Shown here piece after piece: positions 19,898 through 30,297 of a stretch of DNA of 64,000 bases. The translations under genes were made by a program, and so were the position numbers. Source of the DNA: Chitinophagales bacterium. GTDB taxonomy: Bacteria; Bacteroidota; Bacteroidia; Chitinophagales; BACL12. Below the pieces are notes generated by a model. It was not told the DNA's origin and searched no databases. It saw only the letters and a list, made by a program, of their open reading frames with translations. The DNA lies in the NCBI GenBank assembly GCA_044227505.1, contig JBGAWP010000004.1, positions 17,122-81,121 of the forward strand, given 5' to 3'. Numbering within the stretch: the first letter of the stretch is position 1; each line of letters begins with the position of its first letter.

Positions 19898-22654
19898 ATG
19901 TGTAAAAATCTTCTTTTCCTGATCATCATTTCCGTATGCGCGCAATTTTCAACCGCCTTATTTGCCCAGGATGTTTTATGGGAAAGCCGCGGAATTGGCG
20001 GTGGAGGTGCTTTATTTACACCCTCTATTAATCCCTTGAATGCAAACGAGATGTACATCACCTGCGACATGACAGGAATGTTTCACACAACAAATTCCGG
20101 AGTAAATTGGGAAACACTTCCTTTTGGAAAATTAACCTCAGTTACCTCTGCTAAAGTTGCCTATACATCCGATAATTTGATAAGGTATGCCGTTGACAAC
20201 GATTTTTTTACGGAAAGTAATTATCCGGTTAAATCCACAGATGGTGGGGTTAACTGGACTCCGATTTCAGACCCTACTTCCGGTGATTGTTATTCCATTT
20301 TTGCAGATGATAATTCCACGCAACGAGTGGTAATTTCTTCTTATAACCGAATATATTTTTCTTCCAATGGCGGAACCAGTTTCACGAATATTTATACTAA
20401 TATGGGAAGTGGAGCCGCACATGTTGGAGGTGTTTTTTTTGATGGTACCAATATTTATATCGGTGCAGCAAAAAACTTAATTGTCTCTACTGATAATGGG
20501 GCAACATTTACATCATACGCTCTTACCGGATTACCGGCAGGTCGCGGAATTATTTCATTTTGCGGAGCTAAAGTTGGGGCAACAACACGATTATTTATAA
20601 CAGGTTTTGATCTGGTGGATATTTATCCCGGAATTACCGGAGCCGATTTTTCCTATTATAAATCAATTTATAAAATGGATTATACCGTTGGAGGAAGTTG
20701 GGTAACCTCTGCAACAGGAATTTCAGGAAGCAATAAACCATTTTTTATTGATATGGCAGAAAATGATATAAATATTGCTTATTGTGCAGGAGGAAATACA
20801 TCAACAGGATATCCTATTGTATATAAAACAATAAATGGCGGCACAAGTTGGAGTGCAGTTTTATTAACGAATAACAATGAAAATATTTATACGGGATATC
20901 AGGGTGATAATGGTGATGAAGGTTGGTACTATGATGAATTTGCCGAAGGTTTTGATGTTTCTTCCACAAATGCAAATGTTGCAGTTATAACGGGACTGGG
21001 ATTTCCACATTTTACCAATGATGGTGGTGCAATTTGGAAACAACAATATGTTAATCCCGCAGATCAGAATCCAATAAATCTTGATATTGTTAAAGGAAAA
21101 AATTACGCCGGTGTGGGAATTGAAAATACAAGTTGCTGGACCTTGTGTTGGAGCGATGTCAATAAAGTATTTGCCGGATTTTCTGATATAACAGCAATTA
21201 AATCCATTGACGGAGGAATAAAATGGAATAAGGATTATACAACTCTTACAGAAAATTCTGTGTATAAAGTAATAAAAGAAAGTGCAACAGGAAAAATTTA
21301 TGCGGCAACATCGAGTGCGCACGATATGTATCAAAGCACCTATCTTATGGATGCGAATATTGATGGTGCAACAGGTAGGATATTATATTCTACGGATAAT
21401 GGAACTGCATGGAGTGTATTACACGATTTTGTTGATCCTGTAATTTGGATCACGCTGGATCCCAATGTTGCTAATAAAATGTATGCATGTGTAATTAATT
21501 CAGGTGTGGGAGGAATTTATGTTTCGAGTAATATTAATCTCGGTGCGGCATCAACATGGGTTAAGCTGACAAATCCTCCACGCACAGAAGGACATCCTTA
21601 TAATATTCATGTATTAAATGATGGAACACTCATAGCGGTATATTCGGGAAGAAGAACTGCGGCGGGTGTTTTTACTGCGAGCAGTGGTGTTTTTAAATCA
21701 ACAAATGGCGGAAGTACCTGGACAGATATTTCTGATCCCGGAATGTTTTATTGGACGAAAGACCTGATAATTGACGAAAATGATGTTTCACAAAATACTT
21801 TTTATTGCGCAGTATTTTCCGGTTGGGGAGGAGCACCAAATGGTTTGGGCGGAATTTATAAAACGACAAATCGCGGTACATCCTGGACAAAAATAAATTC
21901 ATTGGATAGAGTGGAATCGGTAACAATAAATCCAAATGATGCAACACAAATGTATGCAACAACAGAATCTGATGGTTTGTGGATCACAAATGATCTAAAT
22001 GTTGCTTCTCCAACATTTACTCCCGTAACTAATTATCCGTTTCAACATCCTGTAAGAGTAATCTTTAATCCGTTCAATGAAAATGAAATTTGGATAACAA
22101 GTTTTGGAAATGGATTATATAGTGGATTAATTGATAATTGCAGCGCACCTGTAAATCTCGTCGTAAGTGGAGTTACTGCAACAGGAGCAACATTAAGTTG
22201 GGATGTAGTTCCTTCGGCTGATTCATATCGTGTAACACAAAAAGTGGTTGGTGGTTCTACCTTTAATTATAATACTTTATCCAACAGTTATGTATTTACA
22301 TCTCTAACACCCGGAACATCAAATAAAATAACGGTCAAAGCAAAATGTGATGGAGTTTTTTCTGATAAATCGGTGAAGGTTACAATAAATACGCCATTAA
22401 AATATGGAACAATGGAAACTCCAATTAGCATTTATCCAAATCCTGCTTCAGAAAATATTTATGTGGAAGGATGTGGAGATTTTAAATTAATGGAATTATT
22501 TACCTTGGAAGGAAAACTAGTAGATCATTCCGTAATTATATCTCCAAAAAGTAAAATGGAATTTAACGTGGAAGGACTTGCAAATGGAATTTATCTGATC
22601 AAATTATCAGGGACATCCGATGTTTATACGCAAAAGGTTATTATTTCAAAATAA
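19898..22654 (+). CDS. BNR/Asp-box repeat (sortilin/GH74-like beta-propeller) protein with an FN3-like domain and a T9SS C-terminal domain
   Basis: The internal ATG gives the signal peptide MCKNLLFLIIISVCAQFSTALFAQ. At least nine S.DGG..W Asp-box motifs. An FN3-like segment (APVNLVVSGVTATGATLSW). The C-terminus is ISIYPNPASENIYVE. Confidence 0.8.
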   Translation: MCKNLLFLIIISVCAQFSTALFAQDVLWESRGIGGGGALFTPSINPLNANEMYITCDMTGMFHTTNSGVNWETLPFGKLTSVTSAKVAYTSDNLIRYAVDNDFFTESNYPVKSTDGGVNWTPISDPTSGDCYSIFADDNSTQRVVISSYNRIYFSSNGGTSFTNIYTNMGSGAAHVGGVFFDGTNIYIGAAKNLIVSTDNGATFTSYALTGLPAGRGIISFCGAKVGATTRLFITGFDLVDIYPGITGADFSYYKSIYKMDYTVGGSWVTSATGISGSNKPFFIDMAENDINIAYCAGGNTSTGYPIVYKTINGGTSWSAVLLTNNNENIYTGYQGDNGDEGWYYDEFAEGFDVSSTNANVAVITGLGFPHFTNDGGAIWKQQYVNPADQNPINLDIVKGKNYAGVGIENTSCWTLCWSDVNKVFAGFSDITAIKSIDGGIKWNKDYTTLTENSVYKVIKESATGKIYAATSSAHDMYQSTYLMDANIDGATGRILYSTDNGTAWSVLHDFVDPVIWITLDPNVANKMYACVINSGVGGIYVSSNINLGAASTWVKLTNPPRTEGHPYNIHVLNDGTLIAVYSGRRTAAGVFTASSGVFKSTNGGSTWTDISDPGMFYWTKDLIIDENDVSQNTFYCAVFSGWGGAPNGLGGIYKTTNRGTSWTKINSLDRVESVTINPNDATQMYATTESDGLWITNDLNVASPTFTPVTNYPFQHPVRVIFNPFNENEIWITSFGNGLYSGLIDNCSAPVNLVVSGVTATGATLSWDVVPSADSYRVTQKVVGGSTFNYNTLSNSYVFTSLTPGTSNKITVKAKCDGVFSDKSVKVTINTPLKYGTMETPISIYPNPASENIYVEGCGDFKLMELFTLEGKLVDHSVIISPKSKMEFNVEGLANGIYLIKLSGTSDVYTQKVIISK

Positions 22655-22663
22655 TATAAAAAT

Positions 22664-22694
22664 AATTGCCCTGGTAATAATTACTACGGCAATT
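22664..22694. terminator. Possible bidirectional terminator hairpin between convergent genes
   Basis: AATTGCC-(17 nt)-GGCAATT with A/T-rich flanks. The loop is large, so support is weak. Confidence 0.3.
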
Positions 22695-24357
22695 ATTTTA
22701 TAACTATCTTTTCATTAAATCTACCAATGCCATTTTCTTTACCCTGCAAAATATACATGCCGGGGGGAAGACCGGAAACATCCAGAGATAAATAATTACT
22801 TAAAGAATTTGACAAATTATACTGATCTTCTATAATTACTTTTCCTGTAATATCTGAAATGGAAATTAATATATTATTTAATGTTTCATTTGCGTGAATA
22901 AATATTATATTATCTGCAGGATTAGGGAAAACAGAAAAAGTGGAAGGTAAAATATTTTGTAGTATAGTTTCTTCTTCCGATAAATTTAATCCAGTAGTAT
23001 CATCCACATAAAAATACATGAACACAGCCATTTCATCTTCTGCCGTCATTCCAAAATGTACTGGAACCGGACCTGTATTAATAAAGGTAGCTTCATAAAT
23101 AAAACCATCCATCCACCTTACAGGTATCATCACCGGCCATTTTCTTGTTGGTGGATGATGATAATCGTAAATTTCATCAAGACATCCGGGAGCTCCATTT
23201 GTAGCACCACAGGAGGCATCAAATATTTGTTCCCCTTTTTATCCTGTTTCCGTTCTTTTAAAAATATCGAAATCAGCTCCGTATTTATGTGTATGCGATG
23301 TCATTGCCCAAACGAACATTTCATCTTCACCATGACCAAAACCGAATGATGTATCGATAAAAGTATGCGGTAAACTATCATTGGGAATATCGAGCTCAGA
23401 ATTTGATTTTCGAATGGTATACATGATCTGTTCTGCTGTACCTTTTTCCTGAGTATGAACATTTATATACACCTCGCAAGCAAGAGATTTTTCGCTGCTG
23501 TAATTGATATAATGTGTATTTAAATTTAAAATGGTATTATTTGCCCAGCTAAATGCGGTCTTATTCGGGAGCATTAAACTGTCTGAAAATTGATGACCAT
23601 ATACTAATTCCACCCCATTAAAATCCGGACCATCATGCATTCCATATTCTACTGATCCGGCCACGGCAAGATTATAATACTTATACATAATAAAATGGTG
23701 CGAATAATCACCCATAAAAGTATCCAATCTATTTACTTCTATGGTATCCGTTTCGTAGGTATCTAATTTATACCAATATTCATGTTCTTCTTCCGGCCAT
23801 AAAAAGAAAGGACCATAATGAATTTGATATCCCTCGCCAATAGGAGGAGCTGCCGGGGGTGATGGAACAGATTGAATTCCGTCGTTATCATAAAAATCGG
23901 CGATCAAAGTTTCATCCACCAATGTACCGGTATCAAAAGCGCCATATAATATCCATTGCCTTATAAGTTCAATTTCCTTTTCATCGAGCGGGGAGACGCC
24001 TTGAGGACAAGCTTCACCTTCCCCGGCAGCAAGGGTAACATCCAACGCCAAACCATTATTGATCTTATTGAAAATAAAACTTTTATAAGGATTGCCGGGC
24101 GTTACTCTTTTATAATTTTTACTGGCAGAAACCAGGTTGGTTGGTGTGATATCGTAAAGTGCATCGTAGGCTTCGGTTATAGTACCACTGAGATCTAAAC
24201 CGCTTTCATGCCCGGCAATGTGGCATCCTGAACAATTTGTCTGAACAATTGCGAATACACTTTCCCATGTTGAAGTTTGATTAAATCCAATTGTACAGAT
24301 AAAAATTCCGACAAATAGTGTAAAATGATTTTTCATAAAAGGGGGAATAAAAACCAA
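22693..24357 (-). pseudogene. PHM/DBH-like copper type II monooxygenase with an N-terminal CxxCH motif and a T9SS C-terminal domain, interrupted by a single in-frame TAA (23239..23241)
   Basis: ORFs 23239..24357 and 22693..23133 are in the same frame (108 nt apart), and the 35 intervening codons are open. The upstream part carries CSGCH, HH and HTH motifs. The downstream part carries FGMTAEDEM and FSVFPNPADNIIFIH (T9SS CTD). Confidence 0.7.
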
Positions 24358-24443
24358 ATATACTAAAATCCCAATAAGTGGAAACCTTCAGTGAAAAAGC
24401 GGGGCATCACTTTTTTGTCTTGAGTGATCTCGTCATTTTCCAC

Positions 24444-25328
24444 CTAATTCCTTTGATCCACACCCAAACCCAGTTTATTTCTTAGGGTATCCAAAAAATT
24501 CTGTTCGTTTGGGCGGATGAGAATTACAGTGAAATTTTCTTTGCGCACTGCGAGTTGAACGGTTGCGTCTACTGTCTCGAAACGGGAGTCGAGGGTCACT
24601 AAAAAATGTTCACTGCGTCCTTCTATTTCGAAGCTGATAACGGAGGCATCGGAAACAATAATGGGACGAATATTTAAATTATGCGGAGCAACCGGAGTAA
24701 TTACAAAATTTTCGGAAGATGGAAATATAATTGGACCGCCACAACTCAAAGAATAACCTGTGGAGCCTGTGGGTGTAGAAATAATTAATCCATCGGCCCA
24801 ATAACTCATTAAAAATTCACCATTGATATAAGTATGAATGGTGATCATGGCAGAACTATCTTTTTTATGGATGGTAAATTCGTTGAGTGCAAAATTATTT
24901 CCTTTAAATAATCCCGGAATATTGGAATCGAGGTGAATTAATGTGCGTTCGTCGCGCGAAATTGTTCCGTTTTCAAGTGCATCGATACAGGATGCAATTT
25001 CATCTTTACCGATGCTTGCTAAAAATCCTAATCTTCCGATATTAATTCCAACAATGGGTATATGTGTATCTCTTACAATTGTAATGGTATCCAATAAAGT
25101 ACCATCACCACCAACAGAAAAAATATAATCAATGATCTTAATAATATCATGATCTGCCTCTGTAAAAAATTCAGGTGGTTTTTTGAAGTTGATATTATTG
25201 ATGAGATGCGGAAAATAATCTTTATGAATAAAATACCTGATATTGCGATCGGATAACAGATCGAATAATTGTTGCACGTAAGGAAGTGCCTCTTTTTTAA
25301 TTAATCGTCCGTAAATGGCAATGGTCAT
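24444..25328 (-). CDS. nadK: NAD+ kinase
   Basis: GGDGTLL motif and a typical length of 294 aa. Confidence 0.9.
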   Translation of the reverse strand: MTIAIYGRLIKKEALPYVQQLFDLLSDRNIRYFIHKDYFPHLINNINFKKPPEFFTEADHDIIKIIDYIFSVGGDGTLLDTITIVRDTHIPIVGINIGRLGFLASIGKDEIASCIDALENGTISRDERTLIHLDSNIPGLFKGNNFALNEFTIHKKDSSAMITIHTYINGEFLMSYWADGLIISTPTGSTGYSLSCGGPIIFPSSENFVITPVAPHNLNIRPIIVSDASVISFEIEGRSEHFLVTLDSRFETVDATVQLAVRKENFTVILIRPNEQNFLDTLRNKLGLGVDQRN

Positions 25329-25336
25329 GGTAAATA

Positions 25337-26002
25337 TTAAATATTGAGATAATTCATCAGCGAATCGTAACGGTCCTTAATAATTTCTCCCATATCAGAT
25401 TCCTGAAAATATGCCTTCACTGCATATTCATAACGTTCAAAAGTTGCCACGATATGTTTTATTTCGGTACTGTCAACCTTCAATGTTACCGCGTGTTTCC
25501 CGGAATCAGAATCCACATTAAAATATAAACTTAAAATATGTGCACCGTTGCTTTCCACAATTCTTGCAATATCACTCAACACATAATCTGTTTTGTTATT
25601 TAATTCCAAAATAATAACACCGCCGGGTTCGCTGATTGCGGTCATTTTCGCAAAGTTGAATAATAAACTCTGTAGCGTAATTAACCCCAGATAATTTTGT
25701 TTGCTGTCAACAACCGGAATTATGGTGGATTTTAATCCTGCTGCAACACGCAATACTTCGTAAATATGTTCTGTATCTTTTACGAAGGGCTTGTATAAAT
25801 TTTTTAGAAATTTTCCGAGTTGTTCGTGGGTATTATTAAAATCGAGAATATCATCCTCACTCACAAGGCCCATATATTTTTTATTCTCAACAAGGGGAAG
25901 GTGTGTGAGTTTAAATTCATACATCCATTCAATCGCCTTATCTCCTGTATCCTTTATTTTAAGAGGAGGAACATTTTCGGATATGATATCTTTTGCAAGC
26001 AC
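25337..26002 (-). CDS. CBS domain-containing protein
   Basis: Tandem CBS-like segments. The position between nadK and an alpha/beta hydrolase is one I recall from Bacteroidota synteny. Confidence 0.75.
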   Translation of the reverse strand: MLAKDIISENVPPLKIKDTGDKAIEWMYEFKLTHLPLVENKKYMGLVSEDDILDFNNTHEQLGKFLKNLYKPFVKDTEHIYEVLRVAAGLKSTIIPVVDSKQNYLGLITLQSLLFNFAKMTAISEPGGVIILELNNKTDYVLSDIARIVESNGAHILSLYFNVDSDSGKHAVTLKVDSTEIKHIVATFERYEYAVKAYFQESDMGEIIKDRYDSLMNYLNI

Positions 26003-26003
26003 T

Positions 26004-26768
26004 TTATTTTATTTCTTGAAGGAATTCGCTTAAATAACGATTAAATTCCTCCGGTTGTTCCATCATGGGTGCATGTCCGCATTCATCAATGAATAATAAT
26101 TTTGAATTTGGTATCAGCTTGTGAAATTCTTCTCCAACAAATGGAGGAGTGATGGTATCGTTATTACCCCATATCAGCAATGTTGGTGCCGTAATTTTGG
26201 AAACTTCCTCTGCTAAATTCTGACGGATAGCACTTTTTGCCGTTGTAAGCACTCTTAATACCTTATTTCTGTCGTTTACAATATCAAATAACTCATCCAC
26301 CAGCTCTTTGGTTGCAAAAGCAGGGTTGTGGAAGGTAAGTTCAGCCTTTTTCTTAATGTATTCGTAATCACCGCGTTTAGGATAGCTGTCGCCCATGGCA
26401 CTTTCAAACAACCCGGAACTTCCTGTAAGCACTACACCTTTAATTTTTTCAGGATTCCGCAATGCGTAGATGAGTGCAATGTGTCCGCCGAGTGAATTAC
26501 CCATTACGATAACCTTGTCGTATTTTTTCCAGGCTACAAAACGTTCCACATAATCAACAAAACCAACAACAGTGGACTCTTCAAGTGGCAGATCATATAA
26601 GGGAAGTATCGGGATCACCACTTTGTGCGTGGCTTTAAAATGTTCAATTATATCGAAAAAATTACTAAGCGCTCCGAATAAACCATGTAAAAGCAACAGC
26701 ACATCGCCTTCGCCCTCTTCAACATATTTAAATCCGTTTTCTTCTGTTATCGTGTGGTCCATACCCAT
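26004..26768 (-). CDS. Alpha/beta-fold hydrolase
   Basis: HG oxyanion motif (LLLHGLFG). Nucleophile elbow GNSLGG. C-terminal DECGHAP histidine. Confidence 0.85.
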   Translation of the reverse strand: MGMDHTITEENGFKYVEEGEGDVLLLLHGLFGALSNFFDIIEHFKATHKVVIPILPLYDLPLEESTVVGFVDYVERFVAWKKYDKVIVMGNSLGGHIALIYALRNPEKIKGVVLTGSSGLFESAMGDSYPKRGDYEYIKKKAELTFHNPAFATKELVDELFDIVNDRNKVLRVLTTAKSAIRQNLAEEVSKITAPTLLIWGNNDTITPPFVGEEFHKLIPNSKLLFIDECGHAPMMEQPEEFNRYLSEFLQEIK

Positions 26769-26824
26769 CAGTGAATCACAAAAATATGAATTTTGGATTG
26801 TTTAATACGTTTTGATTTGTGAAA

Positions 26825-27394
26825 TCAGGAATTCAGGGTGGAGAACCAGTTGCGAAGCATGGTAAATCCTGCTGTTGTGAGGATGGATTCGGGGTGGAAT
26901 TGAAGCCCGTATAAGGGCAATTCAAGGTGTTTCAGAGCCATTGGCTCATTGCCGATAACAGTGGAAGCGATAATTTTTAGCGACGAAGGAATATTTTCAA
27001 TATTGAGAGAATGATAGCGCATTACCTCTGTTTCGGGGGCAATATTTACGAAGATGGGGTCGTTTTCCAAATAAATTTTAGAGGTTTTACCGTGAAATGG
27101 CAGTGTTGAGTGTATCAGTTTGGCTCCAAAATATTGCCCTAAGGCCTGATAACCGAGGCAAATTCCGAGTATTGGGTGTGATTTATGGAAGTAATTAATG
27201 GTTTCCAGCGTAATTCCGGCATCCTCCGGTGTTTTGGGTCCCGGAGAAATTACAATGGCCTGGGGGGATAATAATTTAATTTCCTCAACAGAAATTTCAT
27301 CATTTCTTTTTACCATCACCTCAGCACCGAGTTGCGATAAATAATCGTAGAGATTATAAGTGAATGAATCGTAATTGTCGAGGAGAATTATCAT
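26825..27394 (-). CDS. Anthranilate/aminodeoxychorismate synthase component II (class I glutamine amidotransferase)
   Basis: MIILLDNYDSFTYNL start, GICLGYQALG nucleophile motif and FHPES. Confidence 0.88.
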   Translation of the reverse strand: MIILLDNYDSFTYNLYDYLSQLGAEVMVKRNDEISVEEIKLLSPQAIVISPGPKTPEDAGITLETINYFHKSHPILGICLGYQALGQYFGAKLIHSTLPFHGKTSKIYLENDPIFVNIAPETEVMRYHSLNIENIPSSLKIIASTVIGNEPMALKHLELPLYGLQFHPESILTTAGFTMLRNWFSTLNS

Positions 27395-27942
27395 TCCACA
27401 TTTTCTTTTGCCTCTGAAATTTCCAGATCTTCAAACCACTGTTGTAGCGAATTAAAAATATTTTTTACAGGAGGGATTACTTTTCCGATCGTTTCAATTG
27501 TTTTTGGCGCAAAGGGTTCCGCTTTTTCGTATACAACTGATTCTGTTTTTAATTCCTGTGATAATAATCCTGCGTTATTGCTATAAAATAAAATAGTAGA
27601 AAATAACATTACCCAAATTGTACTCCAAATTATTGCTCCTGCAAGCTGATTGATAAAATTTAATTTCAGCAATTTGAAAAATCCCTCCAACATATTTTCC
27701 AGTAATCGAAACAATAAATAAATTCCAATAAAAACCACCATAAAAGAAATGAGCGGAAGATATTTAGAGGAAACATTAAACCATTTATCGATATAAATTG
27801 CTGTTAATTCACTTAGATACACTGCAGCCATAATACCGATCACAATAGCAAGCAGGGAAACGATGGAGTGAATTAGTCCCTTCCTGTATCCGTGAATAAA
27901 GGCGAGCAATAAAAGAATGGCAAATACAATATCTAATATCAC
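27391..27942 (-). CDS. CvpA family membrane protein
   Basis: Four transmembrane helices. The N-terminus (MILDIVFAILLLLAFIHGYRKGLI) is typical of CvpA. Confidence 0.7.
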   Translation of the reverse strand: MILDIVFAILLLLAFIHGYRKGLIHSIVSLLAIVIGIMAAVYLSELTAIYIDKWFNVSSKYLPLISFMVVFIGIYLLFRLLENMLEGFFKLLKLNFINQLAGAIIWSTIWVMLFSTILFYSNNAGLLSQELKTESVVYEKAEPFAPKTIETIGKVIPPVKNIFNSLQQWFEDLEISEAKENVE

Positions 27943-27992
27943 GTAGAATAAATAAACTGTTTGTGCTGAAAAATTATTTTGCGAACGAAATA

Positions 27993-28448
27993 TTAATCTC
28001 CGCTTAACATGGCTTTCACCATTGCGGAAACTGCTTTTCCATCCGCTTTTCCTGCAAGTTGTTTTGTTGCGGCGCCCATTACTTTTCCCATATCCTGAGG
28101 ACCTGTTGCACCCATTGTTGCAATTATGGTGTTCAGTATTGCGCGCAATTCATCTTCACTCATTTGTGCAGGCAGGAATTTTTCTATCACAGCAATTTCT
28201 TCTGCTTCTACTTCCGCAAGTTCAGGTCTGTTTTGTTGGGTATAAATTTCAAAACTTTCTTTGCGTTGTTTCAATAATTTTTGCAAAACCTGCAATTCTT
28301 TTTCGTTACTTAAAGTATCATCGGCACCTTTTTCGGTTTTCGCTAATAAAAGAGCAGATTTAACTCCCCTCAATGCACGCAATCTGCCTTCCTCGCGGTT
28401 TTTCATGGCAGTTTTAATATCTTCATTTACCTGATCGAATATTGTCAT
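27993..28448 (-). CDS. GatB/YqeY domain-containing protein
   Basis: 151 aa, with ..AMK....RL..LR.....L.. and C-terminal DMGKVMG...K...GKADGK motifs. Confidence 0.85.
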   Translation of the reverse strand: MTIFDQVNEDIKTAMKNREEGRLRALRGVKSALLLAKTEKGADDTLSNEKELQVLQKLLKQRKESFEIYTQQNRPELAEVEAEEIAVIEKFLPAQMSEDELRAILNTIIATMGATGPQDMGKVMGAATKQLAGKADGKAVSAMVKAMLSGD

Positions 28449-28503
28449 ATTGTTTGTTTTAGAAGTGCAAATTTCGGAAATTTTGGGAAACTTGTCGTGA
28501 ATC

Positions 28504-28543
28504 AGGAAAAAGGAGAGAGGAAAAAGGAGAGAGGAGAAAGGAG
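28504..28543 (+). repeat. Purine heptamer tract (AGGAAAA AGGAGAG AGGAAAA AGGAGAG AGGAGAA AGGAG)
   Basis: The 7-nt period is read directly from the sequence. Confidence 0.9.
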
Positions 28544-28647
28544 TTTAAATTTCTTGCGAAATTTTTGTTGAAGTCCGTTAGTGAGATCCTCGCAAAGAGC
28601 GAGAGCGTCACTATCTCCTATGAGAAAATCTTTTCAAATCGTTTGTT

Positions 28648-28757
28648 TTCCTATGTCCCATTTCCCATGTCCTATGTCTGTCCTATGTCCTATGTCTTGT
28701 GTCCTATTTCCTATGTCTTATGTCCTATTTCCTATGTCTTATTTCCTATTTCCTCTC
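28648..28757 (+). repeat. Pyrimidine heptamer tract, about 15 units of (T/G)TCCTAT / GTCTTAT
   Basis: TTCCTATGTCCCATTTCCCATGTCCTATGTC...TTCCTATTTCCTCTC. The 7-nt period is read directly. It overlaps the last four codons and the stop of bshA. Confidence 0.9.
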
Positions 28758-29879
28758 TTGGGCAAGCACTTTTTTATAATACGCCTCATACTGCGGAAGT
28801 ATATTTTCCAGTGAAAACTTATTCGCCTGCATTATTGCATTTTTTTTGAATTGTTTTAAAGTTTCTTCATCCTTTAAAATGAGCATTGCATTTTTTGCCA
28901 TGTCTTCCACATCACCAACATTACTTAAATATCCAGTTACACCTTGAATATTTATTTCGGGGATTCCGCCGGTATTTGTAGAAATAACCGGTACTTCACA
29001 TGCCATTGCTTCTAATGCTGCAAGTCCGAAACTTTCTGTTTCTGAAGGGAGAATAAAGAGATCTGCAATTGCGAGTAATTCTTCAACGGCTTCTTGTTTT
29101 CCAAGAAAATAAACATCATCCTCCATACAAACCTGACGCGTTAGTTTTTCTACGTTTTGCCGTTCAGGACCGTCACCTATTAATAATAATTTTGCAGGAA
29201 TTTGTTCTTTAATTCTGCAAAAAACCTGTACAACATCTTCCACTCTTTTTACTTTTCTGAAATTGGAAGTGTGTACAATTATTTTCTCTCCGTTTTTTGC
29301 AATTACCTGTCGGAAATGTTCTTTGTCTAGTTTTTTAAATCTGCTGAAATCTATAAAATTTGGAATTACTTCAATATCTTTTACTATATCAAAATTTGTA
29401 TAAGTATCATCTTTCAAACTTTGAGATACTGAGGTAATGCCGTCGCTTTGATTAATGGAAAATGTAACAACCGGAATAAAGGTCTCATCCTTGCCCACCA
29501 AAGTAATATCGGTTCCGTGTAAAGTTGTGATGAACGGAAGATGATAATTTTTTTCTTTCAGAATTTGTTTTGCGATATATGCAGCACTTGCGTGCGGAAT
29601 GGCATAATGCACGTGAAGCAGATCGAGTTTCTCAAAAAGTGCAACATCCACTATTTTACTGGCAAGTGCAGTTTCATAGGGCGGATATTCAAAAAGGGGA
29701 TAATTGCTGAAGTTCACTTCATGAAAAAAGATGTTCTCGTGGAAAGAATCCAGGCGAAATGGTTGTTTATAGGTGATAAAATGCACTTTGTAGCCCTTAT
29801 CAGCTAAGGCTTTCCCGAGTTCCGTGGCTACAACCCCGCTTCCTCCGTAGGTTGGGTAACAAACAATTCCGATTTTCAT
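28746..29879 (-). CDS. bshA: N-acetyl-alpha-D-glucosaminyl L-malate synthase (bacillithiol biosynthesis glycosyltransferase)
   Basis: N-terminal MKIGIVCYPTYGGSGVVATELGKALA..GH.VH and a GT4 E-x7-E region (ESFGLAALEAMA). 377 aa. Confidence 0.82.
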   Translation of the reverse strand: MKIGIVCYPTYGGSGVVATELGKALADKGYKVHFITYKQPFRLDSFHENIFFHEVNFSNYPLFEYPPYETALASKIVDVALFEKLDLLHVHYAIPHASAAYIAKQILKEKNYHLPFITTLHGTDITLVGKDETFIPVVTFSINQSDGITSVSQSLKDDTYTNFDIVKDIEVIPNFIDFSRFKKLDKEHFRQVIAKNGEKIIVHTSNFRKVKRVEDVVQVFCRIKEQIPAKLLLIGDGPERQNVEKLTRQVCMEDDVYFLGKQEAVEELLAIADLFILPSETESFGLAALEAMACEVPVISTNTGGIPEINIQGVTGYLSNVGDVEDMAKNAMLILKDEETLKQFKKNAIMQANKFSLENILPQYEAYYKKVLAQERK

Positions 29880-29973
29880 AGTGTGAAGGTAATGGGTTTA
29901 ATAATGGTGTGGAACTGATTTTTGTTCCATAAAACGCGGATTTTTGAAATTAACAATTTATGCAGGCGATTGT

Positions 29974-30021
29974 CACAAAGAAAAACTTAGTGACTGCTTA
30001 GTGTCTTTGTGTCTTCGTGGC
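29974..30021 (+). repeat. Short octamer-word tract with an inverted repeat (CACAAAGA ... CTTAGTGA CTG CTTAGTGT CTTTGTGT CTTCGTGG)
   Basis: CACAAAGA (29974-81) is complementary to TCTTTGTG (30004-11). The CTTAGTG word is duplicated directly. Confidence 0.6.
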
Positions 30022-30045
30022 AAAAATACATTTTTGATAGAGCCA

Positions 30046-30297
30046 CTAATCAATTCCAGTTTTAAGTTTAAATCCATCTCGAATTAATTCATAACCAAAT
30101 GTAATAACCAGAAATTGGATAAAACAATTAATAACAAATAAAATGATAGTAAACACTAAATGTATATTAGCTGGATCTATAAATATAAATATTGGAAATC
30201 CGATCGTATATCTGGCAAATTGAAAAATGTAACATACAAAGGCAAGGAAAAAAACATAACTCCAAAATAATATTGTGCGATTTATTTTCATTTTCAA
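30046..30297 (-). CDS. Small hypothetical membrane protein
   Basis: 83 aa with two or three hydrophobic helices. It overlaps the stop of the upstream GH3 gene by 4 nt (coupled). Confidence 0.35.
   Translation of the reverse strand: MKMKINRTILFWSYVFFLAFVCYIFQFARYTIGFPIFIFIDPANIHLVFTIILFVINCFIQFLVITFGYELIRDGFKLKTGID

Noticed and set aside
28565-28849. ORFs 28565..28849 and 28581..28814 (...PMSYVLCPISYVLCPISYV...)
   Set aside because: Their periodic peptide sequence is only the translation of the TCCTATG heptamer tract. They are antisense to the bshA end and have no start context.
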